Positions 54,695 to 63,100 of a stretch of 64,000 nt of DNA are shown in pieces. Position 1 is the first letter of the stretch. The number at the start of each line of letters is the position of its first letter. The stretch is from an uncultured Rhodobacteraceae bacterium. Lineage in GTDB: Bacteria; Pseudomonadota; Alphaproteobacteria; Rhodobacterales; Rhodobacteraceae. The stretch lies in assembly GCA_903930735.1 (NCBI GenBank), contig CAIYZT010000441.1:2975-66974 (forward strand), in the 5' to 3' direction. The position numbers and the translations under genes are program-made. Below the pieces are notes generated by a model. The model searched no databases and was not told where the DNA came from. It saw nothing but the letters and a program-made list of their open reading frames with translations.

Positions 54695-55693
54695 TCAGAA
54701 CATTAGTGCCAAAGCTATATCATCTGGCGTTCCGTCTGACTTAAGGAGCAATGATATCAACTCGCGGCGGAACTCACGTGCCACCTCGGTTAGATCACGA
54801 TACTCAATTGTTTCGAGTCCAAGCTTGCCGTTTGCATCCAATCGCCCACGAACTTCCGGAAGATCAAGAGCATTCAGAAAAGTTGCATAGCACGCTAGTG
54901 CGCCCGCCATGCGATCGCTGCCAAAGATCTCGCGCAATCTTTCAACAGGCGGCATCGCCAGTAGACGGGTGAGAGCGGCGCGCTTTGCGGCGGCATTCTT
55001 ACCTGCAGTTTCTCGGATAGCTGCGACGCCAGCAAAGTAGAGCAGCATCCTTGAAAGGCGTAGCTTGATCAGCCGGATCGCCCTCGGTTTGTTCGCATCA
55101 GCGGTCTTGAACTCGAAGTCAACGCAAATGGTGCGCCAGTATCGAATCACATCATTCAGAAGAAATCGACATATCTTGTGTTCTTCCAAGTCATCGGCGA
55201 CATAGCGCTGGATCAACTCCTCGCGAAGCTTCTCAAATCCTGACTGGTTGAAAATCCACTCCCCTTCGAGGAGGTATAACATCCGGCGCGTGATGAATGT
55301 ATTGGTGTCGTCATCGCCGCCAATTTTTGAATGGAGCTCTGACTTCTGCAAAGGGGTTTCGAAAACGCCGCCCGACGCAGGCATCTTGACCCCTTTCCCG
55401 CGCAATGCGCTCCGGTAGGAGTCGAGGATTTTTGTTGCAGCGGCTATATCTTCGTCAACTGAAAGCACGAAAAGATCAACGTCAGATCCGCTTGTAGCTT
55501 CTCTTCTGGCAATGCTGCCATTAACGCCGAGAATTACATTTGGGTTCTCGCCGATAGTTTCGAGTGCGATTTTACGCAGCTCTAGGAGCTGACGCTCGGA
55601 CTCAGAGAGAGCTTTGTTAAGAACTGCAAGCACTTCGTCTTTATCGGTAATGCGTCTGACCGGACTGGGCGCGATCAAATTCAAGATGCCCAT
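54695..55693 (-). CDS. Pol-beta-fold nucleotidyltransferase with helical C-terminal domain (GlnD/DUF294-like)
   Basis: GVNGSIARREATSGSDVDLFVL (G-S ... D-x-D). The C-terminal RFLLNDVIRYWRTICVDFEFK...IKLRLSRMLLYF resembles the DUF294_C substrate-binding domain. Confidence 0.75.
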   Translation of the reverse strand: MGILNLIAPSPVRRITDKDEVLAVLNKALSESERQLLELRKIALETIGENPNVILGVNGSIARREATSGSDVDLFVLSVDEDIAAATKILDSYRSALRGKGVKMPASGGVFETPLQKSELHSKIGGDDDTNTFITRRMLYLLEGEWIFNQSGFEKLREELIQRYVADDLEEHKICRFLLNDVIRYWRTICVDFEFKTADANKPRAIRLIKLRLSRMLLYFAGVAAIRETAGKNAAAKRAALTRLLAMPPVERLREIFGSDRMAGALACYATFLNALDLPEVRGRLDANGKLGLETIEYRDLTEVAREFRRELISLLLKSDGTPDDIALALMF

Positions 55694-56742
55694 CCGATCA
55701 AATCTCCAAGCGTGCTCGTTTGGTAGAGTTTTGTCTGTTTGTAACGGGCATTGATTGATTCAGACTTCAATGGTGCAATATCCTTACAGATAAAGAACGA
55801 CCTTACCTTCAGCCTAACTTCTTGACTCATCCAATCACGAGGGGTCTGATCGCACAATACTCCCCTAGGCCGTGACGCCTGATCAAGATAAGCAAAAAGT
55901 TGGCGATGCCGGGCTCTGAAACTACGCTCGGTAAGGAGAAAGTCGTCCGGGGAAAACAAAGCTAAGTTAGAGCGCATGTAAACTTGTGCGATCGCATCAA
56001 GGGCTGCGCCATGAGGAGCGCCGATGAAGAGATTATAAACCTCATGCTTCAATTCCCAAAACGCGTCGAAATCTGCGATCGGCAACTTTTTGCCAGTTGC
56101 CCACTTTCGTACGATCGATCTGGCGGAGTTTGGTGCGGCGCGAGGTGCCATGAAGGCCCGACAACGTGTTATCCCGTCCAAAGTGTCGAGATTTATTTGC
56201 CCTGAAAACAAGAAGCCAATATCGCCGTCATGCTTGCCGTCTATAAGAGCAAGAAGTTCATCAACGTCGATTTTGGCTTCCACCAGCAGGTCGAGAATTT
56301 CCTGCCCCAACTTAGTCTCGCCGGTCACTATTCGGCGCGTCATCGAATGATGATTGATGCCGAACCTTTCGTCAAAAACCGCTTCCAAAGTATGAGACAG
56401 CGGTCCATGGCCGACATCATGGAGAAGCGCAGCAGCAATAAGCAGAATTCGACGGCTCTCAGGGAGCTCAGCGCTGCGCGCATAAAGGTTTGCAAGGTCG
56501 GCCACGGCAATCGAATGCTCGAGACGATTGTGTCGGCGTCTGTGCGCAGATCGACCAGATCCGTGTCGAACGTAGTCGATTGCGCCGAGGAAGCCGATCC
56601 CGGCTAGCCGTCGCAATGGCGCAGTTGCAATTAGCGCCGAGGCTATAGGATCAGCAAAGCATGTCACATCGTCGGAACGAAAGGTTCCGCCGCTGGGTGT
56701 CCACACCATAGATAGAGGTTCGATAACAGACGATTGATCCAT
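55681..56742 (-). CDS. SAMHD1/dGTPase-like HD-domain phosphohydrolase
   Basis: RLEHSIAVADLA...LIAAALLHDVGHGPLSHTLE (H...HD...). Possible starts are 56742 (ATG), 56709 (ATG) and 56817 (GTG, longest). Confidence 0.85.
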   Translation of the reverse strand: MDQSSVIEPLSMVWTPSGGTFRSDDVTCFADPIASALIATAPLRRLAGIGFLGAIDYVRHGSGRSAHRRRHNRLEHSIAVADLANLYARSAELPESRRILLIAAALLHDVGHGPLSHTLEAVFDERFGINHHSMTRRIVTGETKLGQEILDLLVEAKIDVDELLALIDGKHDGDIGFLFSGQINLDTLDGITRCRAFMAPRAAPNSARSIVRKWATGKKLPIADFDAFWELKHEVYNLFIGAPHGAALDAIAQVYMRSNLALFSPDDFLLTERSFRARHRQLFAYLDQASRPRGVLCDQTPRDWMSQEVRLKVRSFFICKDIAPLKSESINARYKQTKLYQTSTLGDLIGWAS

Positions 56743-56955
56743 TTGATCCAGATGAAACGAAAAAAGAGAGCGATTCTCCCTGACGATAACCTGTATGTAG
56801 GTACGTGGGCCATACACTCAAGTCATATCTACGGCTCTTTGGTCACACGATTTCTGGTCAAAGACCAGCAAATTGTATCGGAATGGCGCGTTGGACACTC
56901 CCGCGAGTGTCCGAGCGTGGTGTTGCACTGCTGTAGGGACCCGCAGCCCAAGAGT

Positions 56956-57126
56956 TCATTTTCGCCCTCGCTTGTCGCTAACCGACCAGATCACTGACCC
57001 GATGGTAAACAGGGCCCCGATAACCGGCTCGATGTCCGAGGCCTGGACGTAGCCTTTGGCGACCAGCGCGGTGCCAGCGACGGTCAGTACTTGCCGGATT
57101 AAGGCGAGGATTGCAGGTTTCAGCAT
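56956..57126 (-). CDS. 56-aa two-TM holin-like peptide
   Basis: My translation MLKPAILALIRQVLTVAGTALVAKGYVQASDIEPVIGALFTIGSVIWSVSDKRGRK. AGGAG lies 7 nt before the ATG. It is directly downstream of the muralytic gene and below the ORF-track cutoff. Confidence 0.45.
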   Translation of the reverse strand: MLKPAILALIRQVLTVAGTALVAKGYVQASDIEPVIGALFTIGSVIWSVSDKRGRK

Positions 57127-57139
57127 GATGGTCTCCTGT

Positions 57140-57793
57140 TCAGATTTCGTTGTTGGTTGCGAGGAATTCGCCCGGCTTCATTGTCGGCAGACGCTGCAGG
57201 CGGGGTGGGTAGGTTGCGGGCCAGCGCGCTCCTAGGAGGCGGGACTTGGCGATGCGTGCGATGGTGACGGCGTCGGATTGGTTGCCGCCGAGCACGTAGA
57301 AATGCGTGTCGTCCTGGCCGATTGCGAAACCGACATGGCCTCCGGAGCCGCGTTTAAAGATCAACACGGCGCCGATGATCGGCTGCACCTGACGGCCAAA
57401 GAGCAGCCAGTGCCGGGCCCAGTAGGGATTTGTACCCAGCGCGCCCAGCAACGGCTCGTCGGGCAGGACCACTCGGATGCAGGTTTCCACAAAATCCCCG
57501 CACCACGGGTTCTTGGACGGATCGCCCAGCGACCGGCCGTCGCGTTTTAGCCAATCCATCAGCCAGGACCGGTCGCGGGCCTCATGGCGGCCGAGGGCGG
57601 ACTTGGCTTCGGTGATCCAGGGCAGCGGGCCCGGCGGGGCAACGGACGCCGCGCGGCCATTGGCGGCCAGCAGTGATTTCATCGCCCTGGCGGTGCGCAG
57701 CCCCCAAAGGCCGTCGATGGCGCCGGGGGAATGGCCGAGCTTGTCCAGACCGCTCTGGATCAGGCGGAGGGGATCGCGAGTGTCGGTGTTCAT
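57140..57793 (-). CDS. peptidoglycan-binding domain plus CHAP/NlpC-like hydrolase (TIGR02594-type)
   Basis: PG_binding_1-like LGHSPGAIDGLWGLRTARAMKSL, catalytic NPWCGDFVETC, ...GGHVGFAIG...VLGGNQSD. Confidence 0.8.
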   Translation of the reverse strand: MNTDTRDPLRLIQSGLDKLGHSPGAIDGLWGLRTARAMKSLLAANGRAASVAPPGPLPWITEAKSALGRHEARDRSWLMDWLKRDGRSLGDPSKNPWCGDFVETCIRVVLPDEPLLGALGTNPYWARHWLLFGRQVQPIIGAVLIFKRGSGGHVGFAIGQDDTHFYVLGGNQSDAVTIARIAKSRLLGARWPATYPPRLQRLPTMKPGEFLATNNEI

Positions 57794-57825
57794 GGGGTGG
57801 CTCCTTTCGCCCGTCGCCGGGTATG

Positions 57826-57849
57826 AAAAAACCCGCCTTGCGGGCGGGT
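57826..57849 (-). terminator. rho-independent terminator (minus strand)
   Basis: Minus strand reads ACCCGCCCGCAAGGCGGGTTTTTT. Confidence 0.6.
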
Positions 57850-57880
57850 GCGGGGTGGTTCGGATTGGTAGGTGGTTGGG

Positions 57881-58189
57881 TCAGTCGGTGCGGCCGCGCT
57901 GAAAGGCTTCGAACATCAGATCGCGCATCGCGCAGATGTCGGCTTCGATGCGCTCCAGCCGATCGGCATCGTCGTGTCGATCTTCGGCCCGCTGGCGATC
58001 GGCACGGTCACGCTCGGCCGCGAGTTCCAGGTCGAGGCGCGCCAGCATAGCGTCGTTGGTGAAGGCTATCCGCGTGACGGCGGCTAGGAGGGCAATCGTG
58101 CCGCCAACCAGTGCCGTGATCGCGGCCGTCACTCCGTGGTCACGGAAGGCCGCGCCAACCTCCTGCAGGATCGTCGTTTTCTCATCCAT
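57881..58189 (-). CDS. membrane-anchored coiled-coil protein (lysis or spanin-like candidate)
   Basis: TM segment AAITALVGGTIALLAAV followed by a charged helical tail (LELAAERDRADRQRAEDRHDDADRLERIEAD). ATG at 58189 lies 8 nt after GAAGGA. Confidence 0.5.
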   Translation of the reverse strand: MDEKTTILQEVGAAFRDHGVTAAITALVGGTIALLAAVTRIAFTNDAMLARLDLELAAERDRADRQRAEDRHDDADRLERIEADICAMRDLMFEAFQRGRTD

Positions 58190-58200
58190 GAGATTGTCCT

Positions 58201-60129
58201 TCAATAATCGGTTTCGACGTAGACGCCTGAACAGTCGTAGGCGACGGCCGCCGCGGTGGCGCCGGTGTTCAGGTAGAGGCGGGGCGAGAGGAACTGCGTG
58301 TTGGCGGGCAGATCGGCGATGATTTCGGCCTCGAACACGGCGCCCGAAACCTCATTGACCAACCGGACCCAGACCGAGGCGGCATTCGGTGCTGCAGCGA
58401 CATAGAGCGTCAGCACCCCGCCGGTCGCGATGGCAAAGCCTGCACCCATGTCAGTCAGGGTTGGTGCGCCGGTGCCGTCATTGGCGACCAGCTGCCAGTT
58501 GGCATGGGTGCCGCGCTGGAAGCCGACGCCGACGCAGTTCAGCACGGTAGCCAAGGCCAGGGTGGTGGCCAGCGCTGCGGTGGAGCCGTAGAGACCGAAA
58601 AATCCCATTCCGGTTGCCTGCAACGTGGTCAGCGACAGCCGGGTGACGAAGGTCCAGCCGCCGAGACCTGCCGCATTTCCCCGCCAGCAAGCCCAGCCCG
58701 CTGATCGCTGTTCTGCGACTGAATCCACCACTGCGGCCGAGGTTAGCCGCCAGCGCCGGATGCTTGCGGCAAGGTTGGTGGCAGCCAGTGTCGGGTGCGA
58801 GACCGTGCCGACCGAGGTGATCGGCAGCCCTTCTGTGGTGATCGTGGTGGTGATCGAAGGCGACCAATTCGCAATACGGTTCACCCCGAAATGCGGCTGC
58901 AGCGGGAAATCCCGGCCAGACGGGCGCATGACATCGACCCAGGGCGCACCTGCGCGGTTGCGTGCATAGACCGCGATCTTTCCCGTCGGCGGCGGCGAAG
59001 GGGCTGCGGCCAGCCCGGGCAGAATGGTGGGCTGCGGCAGTTCGACCTGACCGTTGGTGCGATCGATGGTGATGGCGTCAAAGAAAGTCGAGCCATCCGG
59101 GCTGACCTTGAAGCCGAAGTTGTCACTGCCCAGCAACCCGATCAGCGCCCGAACGGAGAAGCCGGTCTTGAAGGCGAAGGCGGCGTCATTGGCTGGGGCA
59201 GCCTTGTTGATCGTCGCCTCGATCCCGGCACCAGCATTGTTGAAGAGCATGGCCGGGCTGTTGATCGACAGGCGATTGTAGCTGTCGGCAGTGGCGCCCC
59301 CGAGGCCCAGCAGCTGCGCTGTGAGGTTCGCCTGCGGCATGCCGACCTGCGTGACCGCGTTGGCAAAGGTGACTGTCGGCGTATTGACCACCGTCGTGCC
59401 GCCCGCGCCCGCTGCGACCGGGCCGATGTTTACGACCGTGGTCGATCCGGACGCGCCGCCGGTGCCAAGGTTCACGGTCTTGGTGACGCCGGTGGTCGTG
59501 GCACCCGTGCCCATGCCATAGGTGGCAGTCGTGGTCGCCGTGCCGATCGTGGCGGCCGCAGCCGAGACCGTCACGGTTCCCGATGCTGTCAGCGTGCCGG
59601 AAAAGGTCTTGTTGCCGGTAAAGGTCTGGGTGCCCGCGAGGATCGCCAATTCGCTGGTGGTGTTGGGCAGGGTGAAAGTCCGGGTCGTGCCGGTGGTGAT
59701 GCCCGCCAGTTCGAACATCGCCTTCTTGGTCGGATCGGCATCATCGGTCAGCGTGAATGCCGTATCGGCCACGCCCGCGGCCAACAGGGCGCCGATCAAC
59801 GACACCCACGCTCCCGCACTGAACACCAGCGAGGTCAGCGTCGCTTCATTCCAGGCAAGCCAGCCATCCTTCGGGGCATAGAACACCCAGGCCCCATCCT
59901 GCCTGGCGGCGATCTGGGTCGCGCGGCCTGCCCAGAGGCCGGTAGGGGCGGGCCCGATGATCCAGCGGTGGCCGTCGGCGGGGGCCCCTGGCGGCGTGGA
60001 CAGTGCAGCGCTTTTGACCGCGATCTGCACAAGCACATCGAGAAACCGCAGGCCCTCGTTCACCGTGACATGCTTTTGCGATTGGCTGGCCCCGAGATAG
60101 GGCAGCGCAAGGTTCGTGGATTGGCTCAT
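58201..60129 (-). CDS. DUF2793-type tail fibre protein (second copy)
   Basis: NLALPYLGASQSQKHVTVNEGLRFLDVLVQ. Paralogue of 12239..13927 with a different C-terminal part. Confidence 0.8.
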   Translation of the reverse strand: MSQSTNLALPYLGASQSQKHVTVNEGLRFLDVLVQIAVKSAALSTPPGAPADGHRWIIGPAPTGLWAGRATQIAARQDGAWVFYAPKDGWLAWNEATLTSLVFSAGAWVSLIGALLAAGVADTAFTLTDDADPTKKAMFELAGITTGTTRTFTLPNTTSELAILAGTQTFTGNKTFSGTLTASGTVTVSAAAATIGTATTTATYGMGTGATTTGVTKTVNLGTGGASGSTTVVNIGPVAAGAGGTTVVNTPTVTFANAVTQVGMPQANLTAQLLGLGGATADSYNRLSINSPAMLFNNAGAGIEATINKAAPANDAAFAFKTGFSVRALIGLLGSDNFGFKVSPDGSTFFDAITIDRTNGQVELPQPTILPGLAAAPSPPPTGKIAVYARNRAGAPWVDVMRPSGRDFPLQPHFGVNRIANWSPSITTTITTEGLPITSVGTVSHPTLAATNLAASIRRWRLTSAAVVDSVAEQRSAGWACWRGNAAGLGGWTFVTRLSLTTLQATGMGFFGLYGSTAALATTLALATVLNCVGVGFQRGTHANWQLVANDGTGAPTLTDMGAGFAIATGGVLTLYVAAAPNAASVWVRLVNEVSGAVFEAEIIADLPANTQFLSPRLYLNTGATAAAVAYDCSGVYVETDY

Positions 60130-60161
60130 ACCAATGCCTCCAAGGGTTCAAGGGGACAGGA

Positions 60162-63100
60162 TCAGACGAGGGCCTCTGCGGCGGCTCCGCGGCCCAGCGC
60201 GCCGATCTGATAGACGCGAAAGCGGAGGGTTGTGACGGGCCCGCCGAAATCCGCCACGATCATCGCGGCGGTGTAGACGAACGAGGGCGTGGCGATGCCA
60301 GACACCGTGCGCACCACGGCCGCGCCGTTGAGGATTTCCAGATCATAGGCCTCGGTGGTCTCGCCTAGAGGCACTTCGACCAGCACCCAACTGTCGCCGC
60401 TGCTTGCCCGGGTGCGCCGCAGCCATGTCAGCAGCAAGTCGCCCCCTGGCTGTGGCATCCCGCGCAGCTGCGCCGGGCTGAAGGGGCGCAGGCCTTGCCC
60501 TGATGGGGTGAAGGCCAGTTGCAGGTTAAGCGGGTCTGCCGCCGCCACCGTTGACGGGCCGATCCGCCAGTTGGCGGGCAGACCGATATCGCTTTCACCG
60601 ATGGCGATCGGCGTGACGGCGGCATTCAGCACCACCACCCGCGCTCCTGCTGAGGCCGGATTGGCGATGGCATCTTCAGTTCCGAACTGGCCGCGCAAGA
60701 GGTGGGTCAGCTTCCAGCGCCCGGGGCTTTGCAGAGCGGCCGTGCCAAATTGGACGATTTCCCAGACGCAGGGAGCGGCCTCAATGGCCACCGGATTGCC
60801 TCCGGCCAGCAGGGCCTCGTTGTCGAGGCTGCTGAAAGTGCCGCAGGCCACATCCACCCAGAGCTCGTTGCCATCATCGAAGCGCCAGAACGGCCCGGAA
60901 AAGAAATCGAAGGCCAACGTGCCGAGCCGGGCGGGCTGGCCCATGGTGCCCAGCGCCGTGAAGCCATCACTGGACGGGCTGCGCCAGATCAGCGCCGATC
61001 CATACCAAGGTGCTGCGAACACTGCGGCATATGGGCGGTGGGCCGGGATATCGTCGGCCAGCTGCGGCAGGTTCATCAAGATCGCTGCCGGTGGCCCGAA
61101 TACCGTCGGCGCAATGAAGGCGGGCGTCCGCTCTGGGCCCGGCGGCAGATCATAGAGGGTCTGGTCGGTGCGTTTGGCCTCGATCCGCCGCGCGCCGCCA
61201 TCAGTGATCCGGGCCAGCACATAGTCGGGCGTGCGGCCGTCATGTTCGAGGCGAATGACATCAGTCGGGTCCAGCGCCAGGCGCGACGGTGGCAAGGCGA
61301 AAGCCGCATCTTCCCGGCCGATCCATTCCTCATAAAGCGCCCGCCGCGCCGCCCGATCAGCGAGGGCGGCGGGATAGACGATAGGAAACTGCTCGGTCCG
61401 CACCCGGGCGGTGTCGACCGTAATCCGGCGTGCCTCAACCGATAACGATCCATAATCCTCGTCCGGCATCAGAAGGCGCCATTTGAGCGCGCGGGGCAAT
61501 TCGGTCTCCTGCGCCCGGGTGAAGCTGATGTCCTCCGCGTTCCGATCGGTGATCACCAGCGTGTCGGCGGCGATCTGGGCCATGGCGGGTCGACCGCGTG
61601 GTACGAAGCGCAACCGACCGCCGGTCTCGACGACGTCAAATCCGTAGAACTGTGCCAGCGGGGCGATCGACGCCCGGGCGCTCTCGATTGCGGTAATGGC
61701 ATAGCCCGGCACGGTGGCCGCCAGTTGCGTCACATCGATCATCTCCAGCGGCACGCCGCCGGTGCGGCAGAGTTCGCGGACCAGTTCCGCCAAGCCACAG
61801 CCGCCGATCCGGCCGGTGAGCCAGTGCCCAAGACGGTAGTTGTCGATGTCGGACCAGACGTCGGAGCGCACCGGGAAAGCCGGGTAGGGCCGGGCGTCCC
61901 ATGTCCAGATGGCAATCTCGGCCGTGTCGATCATCCGTCCGGAATAGAGGCCGGAGGTGGGGTTTTTCGCGGGGTCGTTCCAATAGGGATAGAGTGCCTC
62001 GATGTATCGCCGCTGGACCAGATCGTCCTGATAGCCCCGGGAAAAGTAGGGCAGGAAGGATTCCGAGGATTTCGGGTCATAGAAGACGTTCGGCTGGTTG
62101 GTGCCGCGATCGACGGCAGGCGCCCCGGCTTCGGTGAAGCGGACTCGTTTCGATTGCGGAACCCAAGGGGTGGGCGATCCGCTCTGCACTCCGCCGGGCC
62201 GGTTGAAATGCTGGTTGAGCCACCAGCTGCGTATATCCTTGGGCCGAAATACCCATGGCTTGCCATGGGCGCCGTCGGTGACCGCGGTGCGCACCTGTGC
62301 GGCGCGATCGGCATCAGAGGCATAGAACCAGTCGAATCCTTCGCCGCCCTCGATGTTCGATTGCAGATAAGACAGGTCATAGATCGCAGGCCAGCCCGCC
62401 AGCGCATCGAGATGCTGATCGCCATCGCGCCAATCCGACAGCGGCATATAGTTGTCGATGCCCACGAAGTCGGTGTTGGCATCGGCCCAGAGCGGATCGA
62501 GGTGGAAGAACAGATCGTTTGTACCATCTTGCGGCTGGTGGCCGAAATATTCCGACCAGTCGGCCGCATAGCTGAGCTTGGTGCCCGATCCCAAGACCGA
62601 CCGACATGCGGAAGCCAGACTCTGCAGAGCCGCCACCGTGGGATAAGTGCTGGCGCCGGATCGGATCTGGGTTAACCCGCGCAATTCGCTGCCGATCAGG
62701 AAGGCGTCAACGCCTCCGGCCGCCACGCAGAGGTGGGCGTAATGCAGCATCATTCGGCGCAAGCCCCAGTCGGAGGGCGATCCGGTCCATGTCACCGCGC
62801 TGCCCGACACCGCGAAATTGCCAGGCACTGCCGCGCCAAAGAACGCCGAGACCTGCGTTGTCGCGGCCGCGGTCTTGTCGACCGTGCCCGCGAAGCCCGC
62901 GGCGGGCGCACAGGTGATCCGGCCGCGCCAGGGGTATTTCGGCTGGCCCAGCGCTGCGGCATTGTTCGAATAAGGGTTCGGCAGCGTATTGGCCTCGGGC
63001 ACGTCCATCAGCAGGAACGGGTAGAACGTCACCCGAAACCCGCGAGCTTTCAGTTCCTGGATGGCCTGCACAACTGAGAAGTCGCTGGGCGTGCCGCCGT

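Noticed and set aside
56862-56912. Two short hairpins (CTGGTC-AAA-GACCAG, GGACACTC-CCGC-GAGTGTCC) between the HD gene and the second lysis cassette, considered as terminators
   Set aside because: Neither is followed by a U-tract on either strand. They may be incidental, or protein-binding palindromes, and the evidence is insufficient to annotate them.
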